Position numbers and translations under genes: made by a program
The notes under the pieces: generated by a model
Database searches by the model: none
What the model was told of the DNA's origin: nothing
Seen by the model: the letters and a program-made list of their open reading frames with translations, nothing else
DNA from: Clostridia bacterium
GTDB lineage: Bacteria; Bacillota; Clostridia; TANB77; RGIG9151
Direction: 5' to 3'
DNA length: 37,256 nt
NCBI GenBank assembly: GCA_016287855.1
Contig: JAEEXS010000001.1
Location: 1-37,256 of the forward strand
Shown here: in pieces, positions 18,229 to 27,634 of the stretch
Numbering within the stretch: position 1 is the first letter of the stretch
Layout of the letters: each line of letters starts with the position of its first letter

Positions 18229-19398
18229 CTAAATTCCTATTGTATATGGAACATCTGATGTTCCGCTTCCACCTACTATCTTTATTCTGGATTTTAATGT
18301 TATTACAGGTCTTAAACCATATGTACCACTTGCATCAGCCGTACTATTATCGTTATATGCTCTATATAAAGCAGCCCAATCCGCTGTACTACCGTTTTTA
18401 TACATCCTACAAGCATTGAAAACAGAACATCCATTCCCTGGTTGAAGGAATCTTGAAGCAACCCAAACATACCCTGTACTATGTTTTAATGCTGAATTAC
18501 TTTGTATTATTGTTTGGTCACTCGTATAATATGTATCATGATATGGGAATATTCTTTCTCTTGCTGCTGCAAATGTTAATGGATACTGGCTCGTATCTAC
18601 CTGATCTAAACTACTACTCGTTGCACCTAAACATCTACCTTTACTTGCATATTTGCTATTTACATACGCTTTACATTCATCATTCAATATTTTTACATAA
18701 TTTATATAAGCATCTGCCCCGCTTAAAGTTAAATCTCCTACACTTTCTTTACTTATTATCTCTATTGTGCCCCCATTATTTCTCAATACTACCCACTTGC
18801 CTGTATAACTTCCTCCTGTATAATCTATATAACTTCCAACTGCCACATCACTATTTTCCATTATAGCAACTATACTACTATCCTCTTCTTCCGTTAAGCC
18901 CTCTATTGTTTGGGCTGTTGAAAATATCTGATTATTTTCTTTTATAAATTCCTTTATTTCCTTTTCTTCGCTCCAAGCCCAACCTGCATGATTTCTATTT
19001 CTATATACACTATTAGATATTTCTTGACCATCTTTACCTATTCCAACTATTATCTTTTTACCTGTTTGAGTTTGAATTGCAGTAACTATATATGTTCCAT
19101 CTGGCATTGATTGAGGAATTAACCCTTTTTTAACATAGTGTTCTACCTCTTCTAAATCATCATATCTTACTACTGTTGGATATAAAGCTATTCCTTTTGA
19201 TTTATCTAAATCAGCCTCTCGCACAGTTAAAGCCTTGCCTATTTCTGCACAAGTTGCTTTGTCTGACCTTACCTTCACTCCTTCTTGTATTGCACCATAA
19301 GCAACAGTTCCTATAAGTATTATAATTGCTATTATCGCTATCACTATTACTAGCTCAACCAATGAAAACCCGTTATTTAATTTTTTATTCTTCACCAT
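18229..19398 (-). CDS. prepilin-type N-terminal cleavage/methylation domain protein with a large C-terminal domain
   Basis: N-terminus MVKNKKLNNG-FSLVELVIVIAIIAIIILIG has the class III signal (G/F cleavage site, Glu at +5). It is followed by about 350 aa of soluble sequence ending ...GYVWVASRFL...YGLRPVITLKS. Confidence 0.75.
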   Translation of the reverse strand: MVKNKKLNNGFSLVELVIVIAIIAIIILIGTVAYGAIQEGVKVRSDKATCAEIGKALTVREADLDKSKGIALYPTVVRYDDLEEVEHYVKKGLIPQSMPDGTYIVTAIQTQTGKKIIVGIGKDGQEISNSVYRNRNHAGWAWSEEKEIKEFIKENNQIFSTAQTIEGLTEEEDSSIVAIMENSDVAVGSYIDYTGGSYTGKWVVLRNNGGTIEIISKESVGDLTLSGADAYINYVKILNDECKAYVNSKYASKGRCLGATSSSLDQVDTSQYPLTFAAARERIFPYHDTYYTSDQTIIQSNSALKHSTGYVWVASRFLQPGNGCSVFNACRMYKNGSTADWAALYRAYNDNSTADASGTYGLRPVITLKSRIKIVGGSGTSDVPYTIGI

Positions 19399-19520
19399 AA
19401 AATATCACCCACTAGAATATCGTCACTTTGAAATTATTTCATTACTATTTAATGATTTTATATACTAAAATAATATTGCATTTATAAAGATTTTAAATTA
19501 TACTCTTTTCGGTGATAAAA

Positions 19521-20408
19521 ATGAATTGTAATCTTTGCCCTAAAAATTGCAATATAAATAGAGAGTCAAAAACAGGTGCTTGTGGTGTAACAAATACACT
19601 AAAAATTGCTCGTGCTTCTCTTCACTTTTGGGAAGAGCCTTGTATTTCCGGCGAAAATGGTTCTGGCACGGTTTTCTTTTCTGGCTGCCCTCTAAAATGT
19701 GTATTTTGTCAAAATTATGATTTAAGCCATAAAAATAGTGGAAAAGAAATTTCTATCGAAAAACTTGCAGATATATTTTTAACTCTTCAAGATAAAAATG
19801 CTCACAATATAAACCTTGTAACCCCTACTCACTTCGTTCCTCAAATAATATCTGCGTTAAAAATCGCAAAAGAAAGTGGTTTAACTATTCCAATAGTATA
19901 TAACTCAAGTGGCTACGAAAATGTCGATACTCTTAAGTTGTTAGATGGCTATATTGATGTATATTTGCCTGATTTTAAATACTTTTCTAATGCTCTTGCT
20001 AAAAAATATTCTAATGTATCTAATTATTTTGAATTTACAACCAACGCATTACAAGAAATGTTTAGGCAAGTTGGTGAGTTCTCTTTAGACGAAGCTGGAA
20101 TTATAAAAAGAGGAATGATTGTTAGACATCTTATACTCCCTGGACTATTAGACGACTCTAAAGACGTAATATCTCATGTTTATGATTTATTTAGAGATAA
20201 AATATATATTAGCATAATGAATCAATATACTCCTCTTCCCCATGTTTCCAAATACCCGGAAATAAATAGAAAAGTTACTAACGAAGAGTATGATGAAGTT
20301 ATTGATTTTGCGCTTTCTCTTGGTATAGAAAATGCGTTTATTCAAGAAGGCGATACTGCAAAAGAAAGTTTTATTCCGGATTTTTCTCCTGAAACTAATA
20401 TTTTCTAA
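19521..20408 (+). CDS. radical SAM protein (PflX-like putative activase)
   Basis: CPLKCVFCQN (CxxxCxxC) plus an N-terminal Cys cluster CNLCPKNC...GACG. About 295 aa. Start could also be the GTG at 19512. Confidence 0.8.
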   Translation: MNCNLCPKNCNINRESKTGACGVTNTLKIARASLHFWEEPCISGENGSGTVFFSGCPLKCVFCQNYDLSHKNSGKEISIEKLADIFLTLQDKNAHNINLVTPTHFVPQIISALKIAKESGLTIPIVYNSSGYENVDTLKLLDGYIDVYLPDFKYFSNALAKKYSNVSNYFEFTTNALQEMFRQVGEFSLDEAGIIKRGMIVRHLILPGLLDDSKDVISHVYDLFRDKIYISIMNQYTPLPHVSKYPEINRKVTNEEYDEVIDFALSLGIENAFIQEGDTAKESFIPDFSPETNIF

Positions 20409-20415
20409 GAAGCTA

Positions 20416-20563
20416 TTGACAAATTTTAACTCTCGTGATAATATATTTGAAGTAAAGAAGAAGTTATCCACTTCTCACCTACCGAATTTCGTTTTGGTTG
20501 GTTAAAAATAACTGTGTTTATTTGTTGTGGATTAACTTCTAAAAGTTAGTCCATTATTTTTTA
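20416..20563 (+). promoter_or_regulatory. infC operon promoter plus L20-type ribosomal-protein leader with attenuator
   Basis: TTGACA (20416-20421), 17 bp, TAATAT (20439-20444). A ~115-nt leader ends in hairpin GGAUUAACU-ucuaaa-AGUUAGUCC (20529-20552) followed by AUUAUUUUUU just before the infC SD. This matches the architecture of L20 autoregulation in Firmicutes. Confidence 0.6.
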
Positions 20564-20577
20564 GGGAGGGATTTGCT

Positions 20578-21090
20578 ATAAAAGAAGAAACCAAAATCAA
20601 CGAGGAAATCAAATGTAAAGAAATTAGAGTAATTGGTCCAAATGGGGATATGCTAGGCGTTATGGAGCCTTCTGAAGCTTTAAAAATTGCTGATGAAAAT
20701 GAGTTAGATTTAGTTATGATTGCTCCTACTGCTGTACCACCTGTTTGTAAAGTTATGGACTATGGGAAGTACAAATTCGAAGAAATGAAAAGAGAGAAAG
20801 AAGCTAAGAAAAAACAAAAAACTATAGAAATTAAAGAAATTAGAATTTCTCCTAATATCGACCAGCACGACTTCGAATTTAAAGCGAAAAATGCTATTTC
20901 ATTCTTAAAAGCTGGTAATAAAGTAAAAATTACTTTGCGTTTTAAAGGTAGAGAAGCAAGTTATTCTGAACTAGGAGAAAAAGTTTTACTAAGATTTAAA
21001 GACGCTCTAGAAGATTACGGAGTTGTTGAAAAAGAACCTAAACTTGAAGGAAGAAATATGACAATGCTTGTAGTGCCTAAAGTTGGTTAA
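20578..21090 (+). CDS. infC: translation initiation factor IF-3
   Basis: The frame is open upstream of the track ATG (IKEETKINEEIKCKEIRVIGPNGDMLGVM...). No in-frame ATG/GTG/TTG lies near the SD. ATA at 20578 sits 7 nt after GGGAGGG, and non-canonical AUU/AUA starts are the known IF-3 autoregulatory feature. This gives 170 aa. Confidence 0.85.
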   Translation: MKEETKINEEIKCKEIRVIGPNGDMLGVMEPSEALKIADENELDLVMIAPTAVPPVCKVMDYGKYKFEEMKREKEAKKKQKTIEIKEIRISPNIDQHDFEFKAKNAISFLKAGNKVKITLRFKGREASYSELGEKVLLRFKDALEDYGVVEKEPKLEGRNMTMLVVPKVG

Positions 21091-21181
21091 TAATAATTTT
21101 TAATTATTAATATAAATACGACAATATTTTGAAACTAGTAATTTCTTGTGTTGTTAAATAGTAAAGATAGGGGGATTTAAA

Positions 21182-21379
21182 ATGCCAAAAATTAAAACTC
21201 GCAGAAGTGCTGCAAAGAGATTTTCATTTACAAAAACAGGCTTGGTTAAAAGAGCTAAAGCAAATAGAAGACATTTATTAAATGGTAAACCTTCTAAGAG
21301 AATGAGATCTTTAAGGAAAATGGGATATGCTGATGAAACAAACATCGATGCTATCAAGAAAATGTTACCATATGCATAA
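21182..21379 (+). CDS. rpmI: 50S ribosomal protein L35
   Basis: [14 protein letters not shown]..., 65 aa. Confidence 0.97.
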   Translation: MPKIKTRRSAAKRFSFTKTGLVKRAKANRRHLLNGKPSKRMRSLRKMGYADETNIDAIKKMLPYA

Positions 21380-21407
21380 TTTAGTAAATTGTTAGGAGGA
21401 ATATAAA

Positions 21408-21758
21408 ATGGCAAGAGTTAAAACAGGAATGATTACTCGTTCCAGACATAAAAAAGTTTTAAAAGCTGCTAAAGGCTACTTTGGCGCAAAAAGTGTAAGA
21501 TTTAGAATGGCCAACCAAGCTGTAATGAAATCATTAAACTATGCTTACGTTGGAAGAAGATTAAAGAAGAGAGATTTTAGACAACTTTGGATAGCTAGAA
21601 TCAATGCTGCAACTAGAATGAATGGAATGTCTTACAGCAAATTTATTTCAGGTCTTAAAAAAGCTGGAGTTGATATAAACAGAAAAATGTTATCTGAAAT
21701 AGCTATTAGTGATGCTGAAGGCTTCAAGAAATTAGTTGAAATTGCAAAAGGAAACTAA
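21408..21758 (+). CDS. rplT: 50S ribosomal protein L20
   Basis: [27 protein letters not shown]..., 116 aa. Confidence 0.97.
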   Translation: MARVKTGMITRSRHKKVLKAAKGYFGAKSVRFRMANQAVMKSLNYAYVGRRLKKRDFRQLWIARINAATRMNGMSYSKFISGLKKAGVDINRKMLSEIAISDAEGFKKLVEIAKGN

Positions 21759-21767
21759 AAAATATAA

Positions 21768-21801
21768 ATGACTTAAGGTAAAATCCTTAAGTCATTTTTT
21801 T
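21768..21801. terminator. bidirectional intrinsic terminator (rplT / 91-aa gene)
   Basis: ATGACTTAAGG-taaaat-CCTTAAGTCAT followed by T7, with an A-rich run on the other side. Confidence 0.85.
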
Positions 21802-21811
21802 GTCTTATGTA

Positions 21812-22087
21812 TTATTCTAATGTAACTTTGCGATTATTTTTTTGAATCTCTTCTATTACTTTTTTTGTACTTTCTGTTGAGCCTTCTGTTAAAATTTTTA
21901 TTTTTCTAATCATACCTAGCCTACTTAACTGATTTACTATACTTTGAATAGAATCTTCTTTGGTATTAGCATCTAAAATCACATCGAATATTTCCTCTTT
22001 ATTGGCATTATTAAAACTATCTAAAATATTGTATATAAGCGACCATAAACCAAATAATGCTAAAACCCATAAAACAATATATTCCAT
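21812..22087 (-). CDS. hypothetical small membrane-anchored protein
   Basis: One N-terminal TM (YIVLWVLALFGLWSLIY) followed by a ~65-aa soluble part. The ATG at 22085-22087 lies 5 nt after AGGTGA. No family recognised. Confidence 0.5.
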   Translation of the reverse strand: MEYIVLWVLALFGLWSLIYNILDSFNNANKEEIFDVILDANTKEDSIQSIVNQLSRLGMIRKIKILTEGSTESTKKVIEEIQKNNRKVTLE

Positions 22088-22130
22088 AACCATCACCTAT
22101 TATCATAGTATGATTATGTAAATATTTTTG

Positions 22131-22337
22131 ACACAAAAAAATTCCCGCCTATGCCGTTTATTAGAGCTATTTCCGAGCCTGCGTAAGCAGGTGGGTTTCG
22201 TCTTATATATTTCACGTTTCCCATTCCGTTTTTCAACGAGGGCCTACAATCGATATATAAAGTTAAGAATCCCATATAAATTGTGTTGGTTCGAAATAAC
22301 CCTATCACACGTACATCGCAGGAATTTATTTTCCTAT
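22131..22337 (-). ncRNA. ssrS: candidate 6S RNA (ssrS-like rod-shaped RNA)
   Basis: The 290-bp spacer has no credible ORF.
- Minus-strand promoter: TTGAAA (22368-22373), 17 bp, TAAAAT (22345-22350).
- Closing stem 22139-22148 / 22318-22327 (10 pairs, one G-U valid only on the minus strand) runs straight into U7.
- Second stem 22168-22179 / 22288-22298.
- Central unpaired region with a CCUGC-UUAC-GCAGG hairpin on its 3' side (22178-22191).
- Long imperfect apical stem.
Size is about 200 nt. Ends and strand are approximate. Confidence 0.45.
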
Positions 22338-22386
22338 TAATATAATTTTATCATAAATATCGCATGATTTCAAGGAAAAAAGCCAT

Positions 22387-23841
22387 TTAAAACACTTTAT
22401 CTATTACCTTTTTGTACAAATTTATGTAATGTTTCGATACATTTTTCCATGAAAAATCTTGACTCATACCACGCTTTGCAATATCTTCCCAAACATCTGG
22501 CATATTTTTATAAACCGATACAGCTCTAACCAATGTTTTCATAAGAGTTCTAGCATTATATGGTTTAAATGAGAAACCATTTCCCACCTCTTCTTCTACC
22601 TTAAAGTCTTCTACCGTGTCTGCAAGACCTCCGGTTTGCCTTACTATAGGTACGGTTCCATATCTAAAAGCTATTAATTGGCCTAAACCACAAGGCTCAA
22701 ATTTAGATGGCATTAAGAACATATCTGAACCGGCATAAATTTTATGAGCTAATGTATCGTTAAATTCAATATTAGCAGAGAATTTATTAGGATATTGTTT
22801 AGCATAATCTTTAAATAAATTCTCATAATATGGATCCCCTAGACCCAATACAACAAATTGGATATCTGTGCTAAGTAAGTCTGGTAATATTTGAGCTATA
22901 AGTTCAAAACCTTTTTGATCACAAATTCTTGTTACCATGCTTATTATTGGAGCATTAGCCGTAGGTAATCCTAAATCCAATTGTAATTCTCTCTTATTTA
23001 TAGATTTATTATGGAACGTATTAACGTCAAATTTCTTGTATATTCTATCGTCTGATGCAGGGTCATATAATTTGACATCTATACCATTTACAATTCCGTA
23101 TAGGTCGGTTTTTGTTCTAAGGAGACCCTCCATTCTTTCTCCATATTCTTCTGTTTTTATTTCTTCAACATAAGTCCTACTAACTGTGTTTACTACTTCA
23201 GAATATAGAATACCTGACTTCATAAAATTTACTTGCCCATAAAACTCTAATTTATCTGATGCAAAATATTCGTCTCCTAATCCCATTACCGGTAAAACTC
23301 CCTTACCAAAATTTCCTTGGTATTGAAGATTATGAATTGTATACAAAGTTCCTATTTGATTATAAAAGGCATCTTCATTATATAAATCTCTTAAATATAG
23401 TGGTATAGGACCAGTTTGCCAGTCATTGCAATGAATTACATCAGGTCTAAAACCAATCTTAGGAAGCATTTTTAAGACTGCTTTATCAAAGAAACAAAAT
23501 CTATCTGCATCATCTCCATAACAATATATGTTAGGTCTATCAAAATAATGATAGCTATCTACAAAATAAACTGGAATAGAATATGCCTCTCCATCTTCAT
23601 CAAAATTAAGAGAACCTTCACGAACAATCGCAGTTTCTTCATGACCTAGCATATCTACTGAAAAATCAGTTAAATAACTCATTTTTGCAGATATACATTG
23701 ATATCTCGGCATAACTATTCTAACATCATGTCCCATTGCCTTTAATGCTTTGGGTAAAGAGCCTGCAACATCTGCTAGCCCTCCTGTCTTTGCAAAAGGT
23801 TCAACCTCTGCTGAAACCATCAAAATCTTGAGCTGTTCCAT
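22387..23841 (-). CDS. glgA: glycogen synthase (ADP-glucose type)
   Basis: N-terminal KTGGLADV motif, GT5/GT1 architecture, 484 aa. Confidence 0.95.
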   Translation of the reverse strand: MEQLKILMVSAEVEPFAKTGGLADVAGSLPKALKAMGHDVRIVMPRYQCISAKMSYLTDFSVDMLGHEETAIVREGSLNFDEDGEAYSIPVYFVDSYHYFDRPNIYCYGDDADRFCFFDKAVLKMLPKIGFRPDVIHCNDWQTGPIPLYLRDLYNEDAFYNQIGTLYTIHNLQYQGNFGKGVLPVMGLGDEYFASDKLEFYGQVNFMKSGILYSEVVNTVSRTYVEEIKTEEYGERMEGLLRTKTDLYGIVNGIDVKLYDPASDDRIYKKFDVNTFHNKSINKRELQLDLGLPTANAPIISMVTRICDQKGFELIAQILPDLLSTDIQFVVLGLGDPYYENLFKDYAKQYPNKFSANIEFNDTLAHKIYAGSDMFLMPSKFEPCGLGQLIAFRYGTVPIVRQTGGLADTVEDFKVEEEVGNGFSFKPYNARTLMKTLVRAVSVYKNMPDVWEDIAKRGMSQDFSWKNVSKHYINLYKKVIDKVF

Positions 23842-23868
23842 TTTACCACCATACCCTTTTAACTTTTT

Positions 23869-25929
23869 CTATAGTGTAATTTCACTAAACTTTGAGTTTA
23901 CTTTATCAAATAAACTCTTATAATTTATATCATCTCTCCTATTTGAGAAAATATCTTTTGCCACTTTAGAAGTTTCTTCTAAAACCAAATTATCTGCAAA
24001 TATATTTGCAATTTTAAACTCTGGTAATCCGTGTTGGCGCACTCCCAAAAACTCTCCCGGCCCACGAATTTCCAAATCTTTTTCGGCAATTTTAAAACCA
24101 TCATTCGTCTTAGTCATTATATTCATTCTCTCTTTAGTATTATCACTAAATGAATAACATTTTAATATGCAATAAGACTTTTCATCTCCACGCCCTACTC
24201 TACCTCTTAATTGGTGAAGTGCTGCTAAACCAAATCTTTCAGCATTTTCTATAATCATCAAAGTTGCATTTGGTACATTAACACCTACTTCAATAACAGT
24301 AGTAGATACCAAAATATCTATTTCATGATTTTTAAACTTAAGCATTATCTCATCTTTTTGAGACTGCTTCATTTGTCCATGTAGAAACTCTATCTTATAA
24401 TTTGGAAAAACTTTTTTGTATTCTTCTGCTACTTCCATGACAGTTTTTAGTTTAGGTTTATCCTGAAGATCTATTTTTTCTTCATCTTCCTCTATTAAAG
24501 GACAAACTACATAAACCTGCCTACCTGCGTCAATTTCCTTGCTAACAAAAGAATTTAACCTATCTTGCAATTTCTCGCCTATTAAAAAGGTCTCTACCGG
24601 CTTCCTATTAGGTGGCAATTCGTCTATTATTGAAATATCTAAATCACCATATAATATTAAAGCAAGTGTTCTTGGGATTGGCGTTGCAGTCATTACCAAA
24701 GTATCAGGATTTTCTCCTTTCTCGGTAAGTTTACTACGTTGCTTAACCCCAAATCGATGCTGTTCGTCAGTGACTATAAAGCCAAGATTTTTAAACACAA
24801 CATCATCTTCAAGTAATGCATGAGTACCAATAACAATATTAGCCTCTCCAGAACTAATACGTTCCTTGGCAAGTTTCTTTTGCTTTGCTGTCATTCCTCC
24901 AGATAACAATTCAACGTTTATATTGTATTCACTAAAAAGCTCTTTAAAACTATTAAAATGTTGCTCCGCAAGAATCCCAGTCGGTGCCATCATTACAGCT
25001 TGATACCCATTTTTAACAGCATTAAACATAGCTATCGCTGCAACAATTGTCTTACCACTACCTACATCTCCTTGAACCAACCTATTCATAGGTTTTGTGC
25101 TTTGCATATCTTCAAGAATCGTCTCAACAACTTTATTTTGAGCATTGGTAAGTTTAAATGGCAAATTATTTATAAATTTATTTACTTCGTCCGAGACAAA
25201 AAATTTTATTCCAACTTTATTATAATCTTTACTATATTTGAGTTGCATAAGTCCTAGTTGTAGTAAAAGTAGTTCATCAAAAACCAACCTTCTTCTTGCC
25301 TCAATATAACTTTCCTCATCATCAGGAAAGTGTATATAATACAAGGCATTATTTATATCGACTAAATTGTTATTTAATCTTATACTTTCTGGCAAAAACT
25401 CATCAAATTTATCTCCTAAACTATTAAATGTCTCTTGCATAACACTTCTAATCGTATTTTGCGTTAACCCGGAAGTTGAAGGATATATAGCCAATATTTT
25501 ACCTGTATTTTTATCACTCCCACATTCCTCAAAAACCGGATTTATCATTTCTATCTTGTTGACATTCCTCTTTACCTGCCCAAAAAAAGTATACGTTCTA
25601 CCGGGTTTTAAAGCACTTTTCACATAAATTGCATTAAACCAGGTCAAGCTAACCGACCCAGTTGAATCTACAACTGTGGTTTTTAACATTTTCATATTTC
25701 CCCTAATAGAAACTATGGAAACATTCCCATTAACAGTCGCATCAAATGCTACTCTCTCTCCATCAAGCAGTTCAATAATCTGTTTCTTTTTAGTCCTATC
25801 TTCATAGTCTCGTGGGAAATAATATATTAAATCATTTAATGTATATACCCCCAAAGTATTAAATAGCTTTTCCTTTTGAGGGCCTACTCCTTTTACATAT
25901 CTTATTGGCTCAGTAAGAGAAAATTTCAT
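23869..25929 (-). CDS. recG: ATP-dependent DNA helicase RecG
   Basis: Wedge domain followed by helicase motifs GDVGSGKT, DEQHRFG and QLRGRVGRG. 686 aa. Confidence 0.96.
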   Translation of the reverse strand: MKFSLTEPIRYVKGVGPQKEKLFNTLGVYTLNDLIYYFPRDYEDRTKKKQIIELLDGERVAFDATVNGNVSIVSIRGNMKMLKTTVVDSTGSVSLTWFNAIYVKSALKPGRTYTFFGQVKRNVNKIEMINPVFEECGSDKNTGKILAIYPSTSGLTQNTIRSVMQETFNSLGDKFDEFLPESIRLNNNLVDINNALYYIHFPDDEESYIEARRRLVFDELLLLQLGLMQLKYSKDYNKVGIKFFVSDEVNKFINNLPFKLTNAQNKVVETILEDMQSTKPMNRLVQGDVGSGKTIVAAIAMFNAVKNGYQAVMMAPTGILAEQHFNSFKELFSEYNINVELLSGGMTAKQKKLAKERISSGEANIVIGTHALLEDDVVFKNLGFIVTDEQHRFGVKQRSKLTEKGENPDTLVMTATPIPRTLALILYGDLDISIIDELPPNRKPVETFLIGEKLQDRLNSFVSKEIDAGRQVYVVCPLIEEDEEKIDLQDKPKLKTVMEVAEEYKKVFPNYKIEFLHGQMKQSQKDEIMLKFKNHEIDILVSTTVIEVGVNVPNATLMIIENAERFGLAALHQLRGRVGRGDEKSYCILKCYSFSDNTKERMNIMTKTNDGFKIAEKDLEIRGPGEFLGVRQHGLPEFKIANIFADNLVLEETSKVAKDIFSNRRDDINYKSLFDKVNSKFSEITL

Positions 25930-25931
25930 AT

Positions 25932-26426
25932 CTAATATCTCCTCGTAAATTCTAATGGAAGATTATTTCTAGCTAATGAATTATTTCTATATCTCTCATC
26001 TTCTGTAACTTCTTTTATTACCCAGCTTGGTGCAACAAATCTATCCGCTTCCTCTTTAGAAGGGAACTCTACTTCAAGACAAGCAAGGCCTTTCAAATCT
26101 CCATCAAAAATATCTATTTCATACTTATTGTTACCTTCATTAACAAGATATCTATCTTTTTGGATTTTTTGAATATCCTTTCTTGCCATTAGTTTTGAAT
26201 ATGCTTCCTTAGAAATCTTAAACTCAAGCTCTTTTCTAACAGTTGCGTCATCAGTATTTGCTTTTATAGTCATAACATAATCTTCACCAGAAATGGAACG
26301 CACTCTAATCTCAGGTTTATATATAATATATCCCTGCTCAATAGTCTTTTTAGCCAATTTTGAGAAATCATATGGGATATTATTAATATCCAATAGAAAC
26401 TTCCTTTCAATTTCAGTATCTTTCAT
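25932..26426 (-). CDS. CYTH domain protein (triphosphate tunnel metalloenzyme)
   Basis: N-terminal EIERKFLL (ExExK signature) and alternating charged beta-strand pattern. About 164 aa from the ATG at 26426; the track start 26435 is a GTG next to the SD. Confidence 0.8.
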   Translation of the reverse strand: MKDTEIERKFLLDINNIPYDFSKLAKKTIEQGYIIYKPEIRVRSISGEDYVMTIKANTDDATVRKELEFKISKEAYSKLMARKDIQKIQKDRYLVNEGNNKYEIDIFDGDLKGLACLEVEFPSKEEADRFVAPSWVIKEVTEDERYRNNSLARNNLPLEFTRRY

Positions 26427-26450
26427 CTTTATCACGTTCCTTTCTAAAAT

Positions 26451-27566
26451 TTAAAATCTCAAACCAGTTTTTCTTATAGAAATACCAAGTAATATTCCAA
26501 GTGACACCATATTTGTAAGCATTGAACTTCCGCCATAACTTACAAATGGCAACGGAATACCAGTAATTGGTGCTAAACCCATGGTCATTCCAACATTAAT
26601 AAATATATGAAATGCGAACATAGTCGCAAGCCCTACCGCAATTAATCTTCCCTCTTCATCTCTAGCATCTTTCGCTATCATAAGCGAATTAATTACCAAT
26701 AAAATTAATAAAACAATTAATATAGTTGCTACAATAAATCCCATTTCTTCAGCAATTGCTGCAAAAATAAAGTCTGTAGTCTGGGCAAACAAATAGCCAC
26801 GTTGAGTTTGTATTCCATTATATAACCCCATTCCAGAGAATCCACCAGCTCCTACCGCAAGTTTTGACTGAATAACATGATACCCCGCTCCTTGTGGATC
26901 CAAATCTGGATTAAAAAACACGTTTATTCTGTTCTTTTGAACAGGTGATAAAAAAACAAAATATGTAAGTGGTGCTATAATTAAAGCTGCTATAATACCA
27001 TAGCGTATATATTTATAATCAATTCCCCAAACAAATACCATTGCAACTAATGCTGCCACAATAACCATTGCCGTACCAAAATCCGGTTGCTTTAATATTA
27101 GGAAAATAGGAACAGCCATAACTCCAGCGATAACCATCACTCTTATAAAAGTGTCTTTTGCACTTAATACATTCTTTTTTAAATCTGTAAGCATTTCTGC
27201 CATAGCCAATATTAAAACTATTTTTGTTATTTCTGATGGTTGAAACGCAATTCTTCCATTGAAAAATTGGAACCAACTTCGCGCATTATTCCTAGCTTCA
27301 GTAAACAAAACTAGAACAAGCATTACTAAACAAACAGCATAAAACACATACCAAAATTTAGAATACAATTCATAATCTATACTAAGCGCTATTCCGCAAG
27401 CTATAGTACCAATAATAACCGCAATTATCTGTTTTTTAATATTTGAATAATTCAAATCAGATAAATACGAGGCGCTCCCAAGTTCAATTAGCCCAATAAC
27501 AAGAATTAATAAAACGACCAATATTATCTTAAATTCTCTACTCTTTATAACCTTCCAAAATTTCAT
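26451..27566 (-). CDS. rodA: FtsW/RodA/SpoVE family peptidoglycan polymerase, RodA by context
   Basis: 371 aa with ~10 TM segments and SEDS motifs (QPSEITKI, DFGTA, PLPFVSYGGSS). Directly downstream of minDE, the usual rodA position. Confidence 0.85.
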   Translation of the reverse strand: MKFWKVIKSREFKIILVVLLILVIGLIELGSASYLSDLNYSNIKKQIIAVIIGTIACGIALSIDYELYSKFWYVFYAVCLVMLVLVLFTEARNNARSWFQFFNGRIAFQPSEITKIVLILAMAEMLTDLKKNVLSAKDTFIRVMVIAGVMAVPIFLILKQPDFGTAMVIVAALVAMVFVWGIDYKYIRYGIIAALIIAPLTYFVFLSPVQKNRINVFFNPDLDPQGAGYHVIQSKLAVGAGGFSGMGLYNGIQTQRGYLFAQTTDFIFAAIAEEMGFIVATILIVLLILLVINSLMIAKDARDEEGRLIAVGLATMFAFHIFINVGMTMGLAPITGIPLPFVSYGGSSMLTNMVSLGILLGISIRKTGLRF

Positions 27567-27634
27567 TCTTTACTCCTTTATCTAAAAAGCACAAAAGGAT
27601 ATCCTATTTATAAAGAATATCCCTTCAATTTACA

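Noticed and set aside
22100-22130. dif (XerCD) site because of ATTATGTAAAT
   Set aside because: Only the XerD-arm half resembles the Firmicute dif consensus as I recall it. The expected left arm (ACTTCCTAGAA) is absent.
22114-22340. 64-aa (minus) and 70-aa (plus) ORFs downstream of glgA
   Set aside because: They overlap each other, have no SD, and cover the 6S-like structured RNA.
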